This document shows positions 45,823 through 56,400 of a stretch of DNA of 64,000 nt, piece after piece. Every line of letters begins with the position of its first letter. The first letter of the stretch is position 1. The DNA comes from an uncultured Acidobacteriota bacterium (GTDB lineage Bacteria; Acidobacteriota; Thermoanaerobaculia; Multivoradales; UBA5704), in assembly GCA_963792575.1 (NCBI GenBank), contig CAWBWZ010000021.1, positions 194,778 to 258,777 on the forward strand. The letters run 5' to 3'. A program made the translations under genes and the position numbers. The notes beneath the pieces were generated by a model that was not told the DNA's origin, ran no database searches, and was given only the letters and a program-made list of their open reading frames with translations.

Positions 45823-46698
45823 ATGGACGAGCACAGGACGGAGCGAGCGGGCCTCACGCGGCGCGCACTCCTGCTGCTCGGACTGGTCCTGCCGGCGGCG
45901 TGCGCGGGCTCGGCTCATGAGATCGTGGCGCGGACCGGGACGGGTGATGCGAGAGAGGCCGCGGAGGTCGCGAAGCTGGCAGCCCTACCGATCGAGCCGT
46001 TCACGGCGGGCGCGTTCAGCGGCTCGAACGGCACCCGGCTCGTGTACAGACTCCTCGCGCCCGAATCGCCGCGAGCCCGCCGGCGCTACCCCCTCGTGCT
46101 GGTTCTTCACGGCTCCGGCGCGATCGGCACGGACAACCAGGCGCAGCTCGGGCCCTTCGCGCGGTCCTGGACGAGCCCCGAGATGAGGCGCCGGTTTCCG
46201 GCCTATGTGCTGGTGCCACAGTTCCCGGCGAGAAGCGCCGTCTACGAAACCTCGGGGGTGAATGCGCTCCCGATCTCCCGCCCCCAACCCTCGCTGGAGA
46301 CTGCCCTGGAGCTGGTCGACAAGGTCCTGGGCGGCTATCCGATCGATCGCGGCCGCGTCTACGCGATCGGTTTCTCGATGGGAGGGTCCGCCGCCTGGGA
46401 TGCCCTGGCGCTCCGTCCGGAGCTGTTCGCGGCGGCGGTTCCCATCGCGGGCGTGCCGCCGCCGCGGGACGAGGCGCCACTCATCACACAGATCCCCATC
46501 CTGATCGTTCACGGCACGCGGGACACCGAAAATCCTATCGATCCGGATCGCGCGATGTACGCGGCGTTGCGGTCCGCGGGGGCCCGGCGGGTGCGCTTCC
46601 GCGAGTACGAGGGGCTCGATCACAACGTTCCGCCTGACATGATCCTCGGAACGTGGTGGCGGGAGTGGCTCTTCGCTCAGCAGCGCTCGGACCGATAG
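45823..46698 (+). CDS. Alpha/beta hydrolase (esterase / dienelactone-hydrolase-like), exported
   Basis: Lipobox or Tat-like N-terminus RRALLLLGLVLPAACAG, nucleophile elbow GFSMGGS, and a late HG.RD / H region (IVHGTRD, LDHNVP). Confidence 0.7.
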   Translation: MDEHRTERAGLTRRALLLLGLVLPAACAGSAHEIVARTGTGDAREAAEVAKLAALPIEPFTAGAFSGSNGTRLVYRLLAPESPRARRRYPLVLVLHGSGAIGTDNQAQLGPFARSWTSPEMRRRFPAYVLVPQFPARSAVYETSGVNALPISRPQPSLETALELVDKVLGGYPIDRGRVYAIGFSMGGSAAWDALALRPELFAAAVPIAGVPPPRDEAPLITQIPILIVHGTRDTENPIDPDRAMYAALRSAGARRVRFREYEGLDHNVPPDMILGTWWREWLFAQQRSDR

Positions 46699-47306
46699 GA
46701 ATTGAAGCTTCCGGCGGGACTTGGTAACGGTATCTGGCGCGATGGAAGCTTACAGAGTCCCACGGTAAGCTTACGCCGGCAAAATTAAGCTTGCAGAGCC
46801 GCGATGGGAGCTCCCAGTGAGACTCGGTAAGCTTCCGCCGGCCGATGGAAGCTCCCAGTGGCGCAATGGGAGCTTACGGAGGCACTCGGTAGCGGTATCT
46901 GGCGCGATGGGAGCTTACAGAGTGACCCCGTAAGCTTCCGCCGGCAAAATGAAGCTTGCAGAGTCGCAATGGGAGCTCCCAGTGGGGCTCGGTAAGCTTC
47001 CGCCGGCCGATGGAAGCTCCCAGTGGTGCAATGGGAGCTTACGGCGGCACTCGGTAGTGGTATCTGGCGCGATGGGAGCTTACAGAGTGACCCGGTAAGC
47101 TTCCGCCGGCAAAATGAAGCTTACAGAGCCGCGATGGGAGCTCCCAGTGGGACTCGGTAAGCTTCCGCCGGCCGATGGAAGCTCCCAGTGGCGCAATGGG
47201 AGCTTACGGAGGCACTCGGTAGCGGTATCTGGCGCGATGGGAGCTTACAGAGCGCCACGGTAAGCTTCCGCCGGCAAAATTAAGCTTACAGAGCCGCAAT
47301 GGGAGT
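46699..47306. repeat. Nested tandem array: 165-bp higher-order repeat (about 3.7 copies) built from about 30 sub-repeats of 20-21 bp with an AGCT core
   Basis: AATGGGAGCTTACGG recurs at 46865, 47030 and 47195, and GGTATCTGGCGC at 46730, 46894, 47059 and 47224 (period 164-165). Sub-units include GGGAGCTCCC, GGAAGCTCCC, GTAAGCTTCC and TGAAGCTTGC. There are many AAGCTT sites and no ORF. Confidence 0.9.
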
Positions 47307-47424
47307 CGAGGGCAGACTGCCCTCCAGGCCGCTCGGTTCTTCAGCCGCCAGGCACCCTTATCTTTGACGGCTGCCTCACGGCATGGGGCCGTGGAGGCGG
47401 GCGCCACTCGTCAGGAGCACAGCC

Positions 47425-47628
47425 ATGAAGCGAATCGTCCGCAAAGCCTTCACTGCCGCCGCCCTCGTCTTCGGCCTCGGAGTCGCCCTCTCCTCGCCGG
47501 TTCCCGCCGCCGCCGATCTCTTTCCTTGCAGTTGCACCCTCTGCCAGGCATTTCCGAACTTTATCTGCCGGGGCGGCGTTTCCTTCCCGACCTGCGCCGC
47601 CTATGCCGCCGCTCACTGTCCTGGCTAG
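47425..47628 (+). CDS. Small secreted Cys-rich peptide A (67 aa, 6 Cys)
   Basis: RBS AGGAG. Signal peptide MKRIVRKAFTAAALVFGLGVALSSPVPAAA. Mature part DLFPCSCTLCQAFPNFICRGGVSFPTCAAYAAAHCPG. Confidence 0.6.
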   Translation: MKRIVRKAFTAAALVFGLGVALSSPVPAAADLFPCSCTLCQAFPNFICRGGVSFPTCAAYAAAHCPG

Positions 47629-47777
47629 GGGCGTGGCAAGGCTGCTGTTTCGAAGAGGCAAGCCGAAGGTGTGTGACAAGCGGTACGGGATCGCTTTTCC
47701 TCCTTGCCGGCACCCTTTTTTATGGCGGCTCGAGCACCGGCGCAGGGAGCGGCGGCGTCATGGGCCCGGGAGATCTC

Positions 47778-47969
47778 ATGATCCGCAAACTCTTCGCTGT
47801 CCTCCTCGTCACCGGTCTTGGTCTCGCGGCCTCGGTTCCCGCTCCGGCGATCGATTTCATCTGCAGTTGCACCCTCTGCCACAACGGCCAGGGCCCTGGT
47901 TGCCGGGACCCCCGCGCGCTCGGAGGGTTCAACTCCTGCGCCAATTACTGGGCGAAGTACTGCCGGTAA
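47778..47969 (+). CDS. Small secreted Cys-rich peptide B (63 aa, 6 Cys)
   Basis: Signal peptide MIRKLFAVLLVTGLGLAASVPAPA. Mature part IDFICSCTLCHNGQGPGCRDPRALGGFNSCANYWAKYCR. Paralog of 50973..51161. Confidence 0.7.
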   Translation: MIRKLFAVLLVTGLGLAASVPAPAIDFICSCTLCHNGQGPGCRDPRALGGFNSCANYWAKYCR

Positions 47970-48183
47970 GACCATTCGGAAGGCCGGTCGCGGCATCGCG
48001 GTCCTTGCCGGTTCACGCCTCCGCCAGGACCCGCCGGGTGACCTTAGGCTCGCAACGCCCCACCAGAAAGGAAGGGCTCCATGACTCGTCTGCCCAGAGT
48101 CCGCTTCCTCATCTGCCTGGGCCGTCCAGCTCGACCAGCCCAGGCAGATGCATCGAAGCCGTCGCGCCGCCGGCTCTCAATCC

Positions 48184-48425
48184 CTAAAAGTAGTGATGCC
48201 GCCCGGAGCCGTCAAAGCGGCCGGTCTGCTGGCAGCAATTCTTGAAAGCGGCGTCCCGATCCGCAGGGACAGAGATCGTTCCGGCCAAGCTTCTCGAGAA
48301 GCTCCTTGTCGCCGTGCACGACGCGATGGCCGCGTCCGACCCGGGTTTCGGAGGGGAATCCCCGCTTGCGCTTACGGCTGGGCGTAAAAGCAGGGGAGGT
48401 CGTCGAAAGCGTCGGTGTTGACCAT
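48184..48425 (-). CDS. Small SEC-C-motif protein (two frameshifts as assembled)
   Basis: Strong RBS AAGGAGG 6 nt before ATG 48425. Motif trail [22 protein letters not shown] then KNCC in another frame (SEC-C metal-binding motif CPCGSG..F..CC). Confidence 0.5.
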
Positions 48426-48526
48426 GGCGCACCTCCTTGAAAGGGAAGGACAAGGATCCTTCCGGATGGAGGCGGATTTCTACCACACGGCCGGCGCGGT
48501 GGCAATCCGCCCAAAGGAGAGACGAG

Positions 48527-49204
48527 CTAATCCACGACCGGTGCCGGCTGGCTCTGGCGGCGGCATAGCTGCGCTCCCGCAAGGGTGAACCAGATCGCAT
48601 GGCCGAGCACGACGACAGCCATGCCGTGAACGTCGAGCCGCAGGTGACCGACAACGATGCCGGCGGCGAGCAGCGCCGCGACGACGCAGCCGTAGAGGGC
48701 GATGCCGCGGGCCATTCCGCCGTTGCGAAACGCCGAGACCGACCAGAGCGCGATGGCGGCGGACGCCGCGACCGAGTAGATGCGGGCGAACGCCTGATTG
48801 AACTGAAAGATGGCGTCGACGATCAGATGGTATTGCGGAACGGTAGCGGCGCCGTCACGCACCATGTGGCGCAGGATACTGGGGACAATGAAGCCGCTGA
48901 CCGTGGCCGCGATAAGAATGGCGACACAGGCGAAGCCGAAGGTGACGACACCGGCAAAGGCAAGGCGGTCCGGGTTTGGCGTGCCCGCGAAAGCGTTGAG
49001 CCGGCGCGTGAGGCCACAGGTGCCGAGGAACAGCACGAGAATGCTGACCATGGCGATGGAATGCGCGATGGCGGAAACGGAAGCGAGGTGCGCCGCATGG
49101 GCGGGCGTCAGCGAGGCCCCACCCGTGGGATGAATGGCCATGGTGAGGATGCCGCCGAGCGAACCGGCGATGAGGGCGATTCCGGACTTACGATCGTCTG
49201 TCAT
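48527..49204 (-). CDS. Polytopic membrane protein (about 6 TM helices), family unassigned
   Basis: Repeated hydrophobic segments (IALIAGSLGGILTMAI, VSAIAHSIAMVSILVLFLG, FAGVVTFGFACVAILIAATV and others). Intact 225-aa ORF. Confidence 0.6.
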   Translation of the reverse strand: MTDDRKSGIALIAGSLGGILTMAIHPTGGASLTPAHAAHLASVSAIAHSIAMVSILVLFLGTCGLTRRLNAFAGTPNPDRLAFAGVVTFGFACVAILIAATVSGFIVPSILRHMVRDGAATVPQYHLIVDAIFQFNQAFARIYSVAASAAIALWSVSAFRNGGMARGIALYGCVVAALLAAGIVVGHLRLDVHGMAVVVLGHAIWFTLAGAQLCRRQSQPAPVVD

Positions 49205-49224
49205 GGGCCGTACAATAGATCAAT

Positions 49225-50262
49225 TCAGAGCGCCAGCATCTGGGCGTAGCCGAAATCGTTGTAGTTGCCGTCCGAGGGGCGGTACCGGGCCTGGCCGAAG
49301 GGGCCCCGCATGTAGAACTTCGTCCCGGCCTGGTTCGAAGCGACTCCGTGGGGGTTATTGTCCCTCCACTTATCGAAGGTGGCACGGTCGATGCCGATCA
49401 GCTCTTCGTTCTGCGAGAAGGTCGACGCCGGCCCGATGTTCCCCTTGACGACTCCGGTGTACTGGGCGACGTGCTGCAGCAGCGCCGCGCCGAAGCGCTC
49501 GATGTAGCTCGATCCCGCGGTCGCGAACCCGATCCGCATCCCGGTGTAGCAGCCGTTCAGAAAGATTTCCGCGCTGTAGTTGGCCGGCAGGATTCCGCTG
49601 ATCTCCTGCGCCAGGGTCTCGGGAGTCCGCCCGCCGAAGTTGCCGGTAATCGTGCCGTCGTTCTGCCGCACGGGCTGACCGCCATGGGAGACCACCACCA
49701 GCGGCTCGGTGGCCTGCAGCGCCCTCCCCTCGAGCGCCTGGGTGATCCCGACATCTTCCTGCCACGCCGCGTGCGCGGTGAGCGCGGGATAATTCTTCAT
49801 CGTCTTCGAACTGTCCCAGATCGTATCCTTGGTGAACGGAATCCACATCTCTTTGAAGTCCCGGATGCGGATCACCAGCCGTTGAATGACGGCGGGACCG
49901 GGCACCGCCGCCCGCTGGACCGTCCGCGGCGGAGGGACCGGAGTCCGGGCGGGCTGGACAGGTCCGGCCGCGACCTGCCCCTGATGAAAGCGCACCGGCG
50001 GCGGCGCGACCCGCTTCGCCTGGACGGCCGGAACCTGCCGGCTCGCGCTCGCCGCATGGGGGGAGTAGACCGGCGGCGGTGGCGTCGCGGTCCGCGGAGG
50101 CCCCTGCGGAGAGACGCGCTGGGCCTGAACCGCCGGCGGAGCGATCGCCGCGCGCGACTGCGGAAAGCGCACCGGCGGTGGCGCGATCACCGCCCGCTTC
50201 GGCTGCAAAACGGGCGGAGCAGGCACTCCGGGAGGAGTCCGAGGCCGATTTCTGTTGCTCAT
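49225..50262 (-). CDS. Protein with a Pro-rich repeat N-terminus and an uncharacterised C-terminal domain (possible His/Cys dyad)
   Basis: The N-terminal 130 aa carry repeats of APPPVRF.Q and AVQA.RV.P. The C-terminal domain contains LVVVSHGG and IFLNGCYTG, spaced like caspase/clostripain-fold catalytic dyads (inference only). Confidence 0.55.
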   Translation of the reverse strand: MSNRNRPRTPPGVPAPPVLQPKRAVIAPPPVRFPQSRAAIAPPAVQAQRVSPQGPPRTATPPPPVYSPHAASASRQVPAVQAKRVAPPPVRFHQGQVAAGPVQPARTPVPPPRTVQRAAVPGPAVIQRLVIRIRDFKEMWIPFTKDTIWDSSKTMKNYPALTAHAAWQEDVGITQALEGRALQATEPLVVVSHGGQPVRQNDGTITGNFGGRTPETLAQEISGILPANYSAEIFLNGCYTGMRIGFATAGSSYIERFGAALLQHVAQYTGVVKGNIGPASTFSQNEELIGIDRATFDKWRDNNPHGVASNQAGTKFYMRGPFGQARYRPSDGNYNDFGYAQMLAL

Positions 50263-50318
50263 TCTGGAGACATGGTAGCAGAGGAGCGCGGAGCCTTCGC
50301 CGCGCTTGCAGTATCCTT

Positions 50319-50825
50319 ATGAAGATGAGCTTTACGCTGCAGCCGATCTCCAGGGCGGATCTCCAGGTGCTCGCGGACTCAGGTCTGCCGGACGGCGTTG
50401 CCGGGAGAACGGCCGACGGCGCATTGCCCCCACCCTTTGTCGCCAGGCGCTCCCTGGGACAGCTCCAGCAGGGCCAGGAAGAGCGCTGGTGCCACGGCTT
50501 CTATATCGTCAGGGACATGGACGGCCTGGTGGTGGGCGGTTGCGGTTTCAAGGGCGCTCCGATGTGTGGACAGGTTGAGATCGGCTACGCCGTTTCGCCC
50601 GCTTGTCGAAACCAGGGAGCCGCCACGCAAGGGGTCCGCGAGTTGATCCAACGGGCGTTCGCCACCGATGCGGTCAGCGAGATCCTCGCCCAGGTCAACC
50701 CGGCCAACGCCTCGTCGACCCGTATCGTCCAGAAGCTCGGGTTCGTCAAGGGGGAGGTGGAAGCCGGCGAAGGGGGCGAGCCGCTCGCGCAGTGGGTCTT
50801 GCGGAAGCCGCCCGGCACACCCTGA
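50319..50825 (+). CDS. GNAT N-acetyltransferase
   Basis: GGCGFKGAP..GQVEIGYAVSPACRNQGAATQGVRELIQRAF...NPANASSTRIVQKLGF. The start is at ATG 50319 (MKMSF). Confidence 0.7.
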   Translation: MKMSFTLQPISRADLQVLADSGLPDGVAGRTADGALPPPFVARRSLGQLQQGQEERWCHGFYIVRDMDGLVVGGCGFKGAPMCGQVEIGYAVSPACRNQGAATQGVRELIQRAFATDAVSEILAQVNPANASSTRIVQKLGFVKGEVEAGEGGEPLAQWVLRKPPGTP

Positions 50826-50972
50826 AGAACGGACCTTCTGAGACGCCTTACATCCGGTGCGGAGATCTTCAGGCGGGTTCAGCCCGGTTTCCCGGCCTGC
50901 CGGCACCCTTTCTTGTGGAGGGCCCGGGTGCCGGCGCAGGGAGCGGCGGAGCCGTGGGCCCGGGGAGATCTC

Positions 50973-51161
50973 ATGATCCGGAAACTCTTCGCCGTCCTCC
51001 TGGTTACCGGTCTCGGCCTCGTCGCCTCGGCCCCCGCTCCGGCGATCGACTTCATCTGCAGTTGCAGCCTCTGCAACAACGGTCAAGGCCCCGGCTGCCG
51101 GGATCTCCGCACCAACCGGTTCACCTCCTGCGCTGACTACTGGGTGAAGTACTGCCGGTAA
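50973..51161 (+). CDS. Small secreted Cys-rich peptide C (62 aa, 6 Cys)
   Basis: Signal peptide MIRKLFAVLLVTGLGLVASAPAPA. Mature part IDFICSCSLCNNGQGPGCRDLRTNRFTSCADYWVKYCR. The ~75 nt upstream are also conserved with peptide B. Confidence 0.7.
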   Translation: MIRKLFAVLLVTGLGLVASAPAPAIDFICSCSLCNNGQGPGCRDLRTNRFTSCADYWVKYCR

Positions 51162-51454
51162 GGGCCCATGATTCCGGCGGGCTCGCGTACCCCGCCCGCC
51201 GGAGCGGGCGCCTGCGTCCTCCAGTTTTGCATCCAAAGGGCAGACAGAAGTGCTAAAAGCCTTGGCTAAGAGTACAATCTGAGGCAGGATCGCCTTTTGA
51301 CGCAGAGATACAGAGGTAAGCTCGGAGTTCTCGATTCTCTAGCCGCTGGGAAATCTTTCAAAAAAGCAGTCGCGCAAGATCGGCCCTGAATCTCGCGGCG
51401 GCGTCTTTTTTCCCCGGCCGGATAGATGCTCAACGGCTTCACTGTCTAACCATC

Positions 51455-53251
51455 ATGGAGGACCGTCGTCACATGTCTACAACCGAGATGGATCGTCTCA
51501 ATATCTCTACGGAGCAGGCCGCTACTTCGGATGTATCGGGTGTCAGCCGCCGCAAATTCATTGGCGGGCTCGGCGGCGCCGCGGCGGCGGCGATGGCGTC
51601 GGGCGTGATCGGGCTGGAGCCGCTGGCGAATGCGGCGACCGGGAGCTCCGCCGCCACGGCCGCCGTGAAGGCGGTCACCCCCTCCGACATCCGGCGCAAG
51701 GCCGCCTGGCAGATGCGCAAGAATATGGGCGACTACTGGTGGGGCCAGGGCAACGTCGTCCACGCGACCAACGGCGACGAGCAGCGCTACGACACACGGA
51801 TCGGCAACTACTCCAAGAGCCTGCCGCACAACGCGTTCGGCGAGGTCGATTCCGACGCCTATGACAGCTTCCTGAAGGCGATCCAGACGGGCAAGTCGAC
51901 GGATTACGAGGCCATCATCCTCGGCCCTGGCGCCCGCAAGCAGACCAGCCCGCAATGCGGCCTGGCCTTCGACATGGAGGGCGTGGACAGCCATGCCGTG
52001 GCCGTGCCGGCTCCTCCGGCCATCTCCAGCAAGGAGATCGCCGCCGAGATGACCGAGATGTACTGGATGGCGCTGCTGCGCGACACCAATTATCTCGATT
52101 ACGGCGCGTCGCCGCTGGTGGCGGAGGCCGTCGCCGACCTGAACTCCTTCGGCGCCGACTTCAAGGGTCCCAAGCAGAGGGGCAAGGTCACGGCCCAGAC
52201 CCTGTTCCGGGACAACGGCCCCGGCATCTCGGTCGGCCCCCTGACCTCGCAGTTCATGTACCTCAACACTCCGTTCGGCGTCGAGTATGTCGAGCGCAAG
52301 ATGTGGACCCTGGCCGCGGGCTCGGACCACATGCAGAGCTTCGACGAGTGGCTGGCGGTCCAGAACGGCGTGGTGCCGGGCCACCAGTCCTTCCTCGGCG
52401 AGCGGCGCTATGTCATCAACGGCCGCGACATCTCGGCCTGGGTGCACATCGACGTCCTCTTCCAGGCCTACTTCAACGCCTGCCTGATCATGATCACTCC
52501 GCCGGATAACTCCGACATCGGCGGCGGCCTGGGCGTCCCGTTCAATCCGGGCAACCCCTACCGGAGCAGCGCGACGCAGGACGGCTTCTGCACCTTCGGC
52601 CCCCCGGCCGCCAAGGCCCTGATGTGCGAGGTCGCCTCGCGCTGCCTCAAGGCCACCTGGCACAAGAAGTGGCAGATCCACCGCCGCCTGCGCCCCGAGG
52701 CGTTCGGCGGCCTGGTCGAGGTGCAGGTCAACCAGGATCCGGGCCGCTATGACGGCGTCCTGCACCCGAGCCTCTTCACCACCAAGGCGATCGAGCGGGT
52801 GCAGGCGTACAACGGCGGCAGCGCCCTGCTGCCGATGGCATTCCCCGAGGGGTCGCCGACCCATCCGTCCTACACCGCCGGCCATGCCACGGTCGCGGGC
52901 GCCTGCATCACGATCCTCAAGGCGCTCTTCGACACGGAGAACCGGACCATCCCGCACCCGGTGGTCCCCTCCGCCGACGGCAAGGAGCTGGTGCCGTACA
53001 CCGGCCCGGCGCTCACCATCGAGGGGGAGCTCAACAAGATCGCCTCCAACGTCGCTTCCGGCCGCAACATCGCCGGCGTCCACTGGCGCAGCGACAGCCA
53101 CGCCTCCCTGCGCATCGGCCAGAAGGTCGCGATCAGCCTGCTGCAGGAGCAGACGAAGATCCACAACGAGATCGCGCCCTTCTTCATCTTCCGCGGCTTC
53201 GACGGCGAGCGCATCGTCGTCCGCGAGGGCGGCGTCTTCAACACGATCTGA
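51455..53251 (+). CDS. Tat-exported vanadium-dependent haloperoxidase-like / PAP2-superfamily enzyme
   Basis: Twin-arginine signal SRRKFIGGLGGAAAAA. The three PAP2/V-HPO motifs are present: KKWQIHRRLRPE, PTHPSYTAGHAT and SGRNIAGVHWRSDS. Intact 598-aa ORF (start 51455 or 51473). Confidence 0.75.
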   Translation: MEDRRHMSTTEMDRLNISTEQAATSDVSGVSRRKFIGGLGGAAAAAMASGVIGLEPLANAATGSSAATAAVKAVTPSDIRRKAAWQMRKNMGDYWWGQGNVVHATNGDEQRYDTRIGNYSKSLPHNAFGEVDSDAYDSFLKAIQTGKSTDYEAIILGPGARKQTSPQCGLAFDMEGVDSHAVAVPAPPAISSKEIAAEMTEMYWMALLRDTNYLDYGASPLVAEAVADLNSFGADFKGPKQRGKVTAQTLFRDNGPGISVGPLTSQFMYLNTPFGVEYVERKMWTLAAGSDHMQSFDEWLAVQNGVVPGHQSFLGERRYVINGRDISAWVHIDVLFQAYFNACLIMITPPDNSDIGGGLGVPFNPGNPYRSSATQDGFCTFGPPAAKALMCEVASRCLKATWHKKWQIHRRLRPEAFGGLVEVQVNQDPGRYDGVLHPSLFTTKAIERVQAYNGGSALLPMAFPEGSPTHPSYTAGHATVAGACITILKALFDTENRTIPHPVVPSADGKELVPYTGPALTIEGELNKIASNVASGRNIAGVHWRSDSHASLRIGQKVAISLLQEQTKIHNEIAPFFIFRGFDGERIVVREGGVFNTI

Positions 53252-53410
53252 CCTCGACACCCTCTGGGGTATCCAGGGCCGTCCGGTTCACTCCGGACGG
53301 CCTTTTCCTTTTACATTCCTTACATTTGACGGACCCCTCCGGGCTGCGCTATATCGCGGTGGGATGTCGTACTCCTGCCTTCTTCACCTTTTGACCCACG
53401 GGGGAGTTCA

Positions 53411-56400
53411 ATGCGTCGATCTCTGATCTTCGTGGCGCTCGCCGCGCTCACGCTCCATGCCTCGACGGCCCGGGCCGCCGAGACGATTGATCCGGACCTG
53501 CTCGCCGGGCTCTCGGCCCGCTCGATCGGTCCGGCCACCATGAGCGGCCGCCTGCCGGCCCTCGACGTCGCCGAGTCCAATCCCGACCTGATGTATGCCG
53601 GCGGCGCCGCGGGCGGCGTCTGGAAGTCGGTCAACGGCGGCCTCACCTGGGCGCCGGTCTTCGACGACCAGCCGGTGGCCTCGATCGGCGCCATCGCCAT
53701 CAACCAGGCGAACCCGGACGTCGTCTGGGTGGGCACCGGCGAGGGGAACCCGCGCAACAGCGTGTCGATCGGCGACGGCGTCTACCGCTCGCTCGACGGC
53801 GGCCAGACCTGGACGCACCTGGGGCTGGAGAAGACCGAGCACATCCACCGCATCGTGCTCGCATCCGGCCGACCCGAACGTCGCCTGGGTGGCGGCCCTC
53901 GGGCAGGTCTGGGGGGAGAACCCGGAGCGCGGGGTGTTCAAGACGGTCGACGGCGGCAAGACCTGGCGGCGGGTGCTCTACGTCGATCCGCGCACCGGCG
54001 CGGCCGACCTGGTGATCGACCCCGGCAATCCGAACAAGCTGTTCGCCGCGATGTGGGACTACCGGCGCTGGCCCTGGGGCTTCCGCTCCGGCGGCCCGGG
54101 CTCCGGGCTCTACGTCACCTATGACGGCGGCGAGACCTGGAAGCGCTATACCGAGGACGACGGGACTGCCCAAGGGGGACCTCGGGCGGATCGGCATCGC
54201 CATCTCGCGCTCGAACCCGGACATCGTCTACGCCCTGGTCGAGGCCGAGAAGAGCGCGCTCGCTCCGCTCGAGCGACGGCGGCAGGAGCTGGAAGACGGT
54301 CAACGACGAACCAGCAGACGGCCGAGCGGCCGTTCTACTACGCCGACATCCGCGGTCGATCCCGCAGTGGCCGAACCGGCTCTACAACCTGACCGCCCGG
54401 CTCCAGGTCTCGGACGACGGCGGCACGAGCTTCGAAGCCCTCGGCCGCTCGCGCGAGATTCACGGCGACTATCACGCGATGTGGATCGATCCGCGCGACC
54501 CCGAGCACATCGTGACCGGCAGCGACGGCGGCATGGCGATCAGCCACGACCGCGGCGAGACCTGGCAGTTCGTGAGCACGCTGCCGATCGGCCAGTTCTA
54601 CCACGTGGCGGTCGACATGGACCTCCCCTACCACGTCTACGGCGGCCTGCAGGACAACGGCTCCTGGCGCGGCCCGACCTCGGTCTGGGACCCGCGGCGG
54701 CATCCGCAACTCGGACTGGGACGTGGTCGGCGGCGGCGACGGCTTCGACACCCGGCCCGATCCCGAGGACTCGATGGCGCGGCTACTCGATGTCGCAGGG
54801 GGGCGCGCTCCTGCGCTGGAACCTGCGCACCCGGCGAGAACCGGTCCATCAAGCCGCCGCAGCCGGCGACGGCCCGAAGCCGCTCCGCTTCAACTGGAAC
54901 GCCGGCCTGGCGGCAGGACCCCTTCGAGCCCGGCACGATCTACTACGGCAGCCAGTACGTCCACAAGTCGACCGACCGCGGCGCGAGCTGGACGGTGATC
55001 AGCCCGGACCTGACGACCAACAACCCGGAGTGGCAGCAGCAGGAGAAGAGCGGCGGCCTGACCCTCGACGTCAGCGGCCGCCGAGAACTTCACCACCATC
55101 CTCGCCATCGCCCCCAGCGCCGGTGCAGCAGGGGGTGATCTGGGTGGGGACGGACGACGGCCGCCTGCACGTCACCCGCGACGGCGGCAAGACCTGGACG
55201 AGCGTCGAGAAGAACGTCCCGGGCGTGCCGGCCAACACCTGGATCCCCGACATCCTCCCCTCGAATTACGACGCCGGCCTCGGCGTTCGTGGTCTTCGAC
55301 AACCACCGGCGCGCAGGACTTGACCCCCTACGTCTTCCGGACCGACGACTGGGGGAAGACCTGGAAGAGCCTGGCGACCCGGGACTCCGCGGCTACGCGC
55401 TGTCGATCGAGCAGGACCCGGTCGACACGAACCTCCTCTTCCTCGGCACCGAGTTCGGCCTCTACGTCTCGTTCGACGGCGGCGGGCGCTGGATGCCGCT
55501 GGACGCACGGCCTGCCGACGACCTCGGTGATGGCGCTGACGATCCATCCGCGCGGATCTCGACCTGGTGATCGGCACCCATGGCCGGGCGCTCTACATCC
55601 TCGACGACATCACGCCGCTGCGCGAGGTCTCGGCCGCGACGCTCGCCGAGCCGGTCCACCTCTATCCGTCGCAGCCGGCGACGCTCTTCCGGGTCAACCG
55701 CGGCCGCGGCGGCATCCGTGGCGGCGGCGCCGGCGAGTTCCAGGGGCAGAACCGCGACTACGGCGCCCTGATCACCTTCTCGGTCAACGCGCCCGGCCTG
55801 CCGCTGGCGGACGAGGAGAAGGAGCGCCAGCGCAAGCAGGCCGCGCGCACCGGACAGCCGGTAGCGGCATCTTCCCAGACCAGCGCCACCGACCGGCCGA
55901 CCGGCACCCCGCGGGAGGACGTCCCCTCGCGCGAGGAGTCCGCGAGCGAGGAGGAGGCGGGAGGAGGAGGCCGGGGAGGCGGCGATCGCGATCGCGACCG
56001 GGGGCCGAAGGCCGAGATCCGGATCACGGACGCTTCCGGCAAGGTGGTCCGCACCCTCAAGCCGTCGATCAAGCTCGGCCTCAACCGGGTGGCCTGGGAT
56101 TTCGGCCGCGAGCCGTTCCGCAATCCGGACAACCAGGACCGCAACCGGCGGCCGGGGGAGGAGAGCGGCCCGAACGTGATCCCTGGCACTTACAACGTGG
56201 TGGTCAGGTATGGCGGCCACGAGGCCAAGGGGACGCTGCAGGTCGAGGCCGATCCGGCGCTCAAGAGCTCGCCGGCCGACTGGCAGGCCTGGGACGCGGC
56301 GACCAACCGGGCGGGTGGCTATCAGAACGCGGTGGCGGACGCGATCAACCGGATCGCCGCCACCCGCAAGGACGTCAACCTGGCGCTCGCCAGGCTCGAC

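Noticed and set aside
46699-47306. CRISPR array.
   Set aside because: The segments between the conserved cores repeat with the 165-bp period, so there are no unique spacers. The repeat length of 20-21 nt with no spacing is wrong for CRISPR, and no cas genes are present.
51446-53260. 604-aa minus-strand ORF.
   Set aside because: It is exactly antisense to the well-supported haloperoxidase-like gene and shows no motifs. It is a GC-driven shadow ORF.
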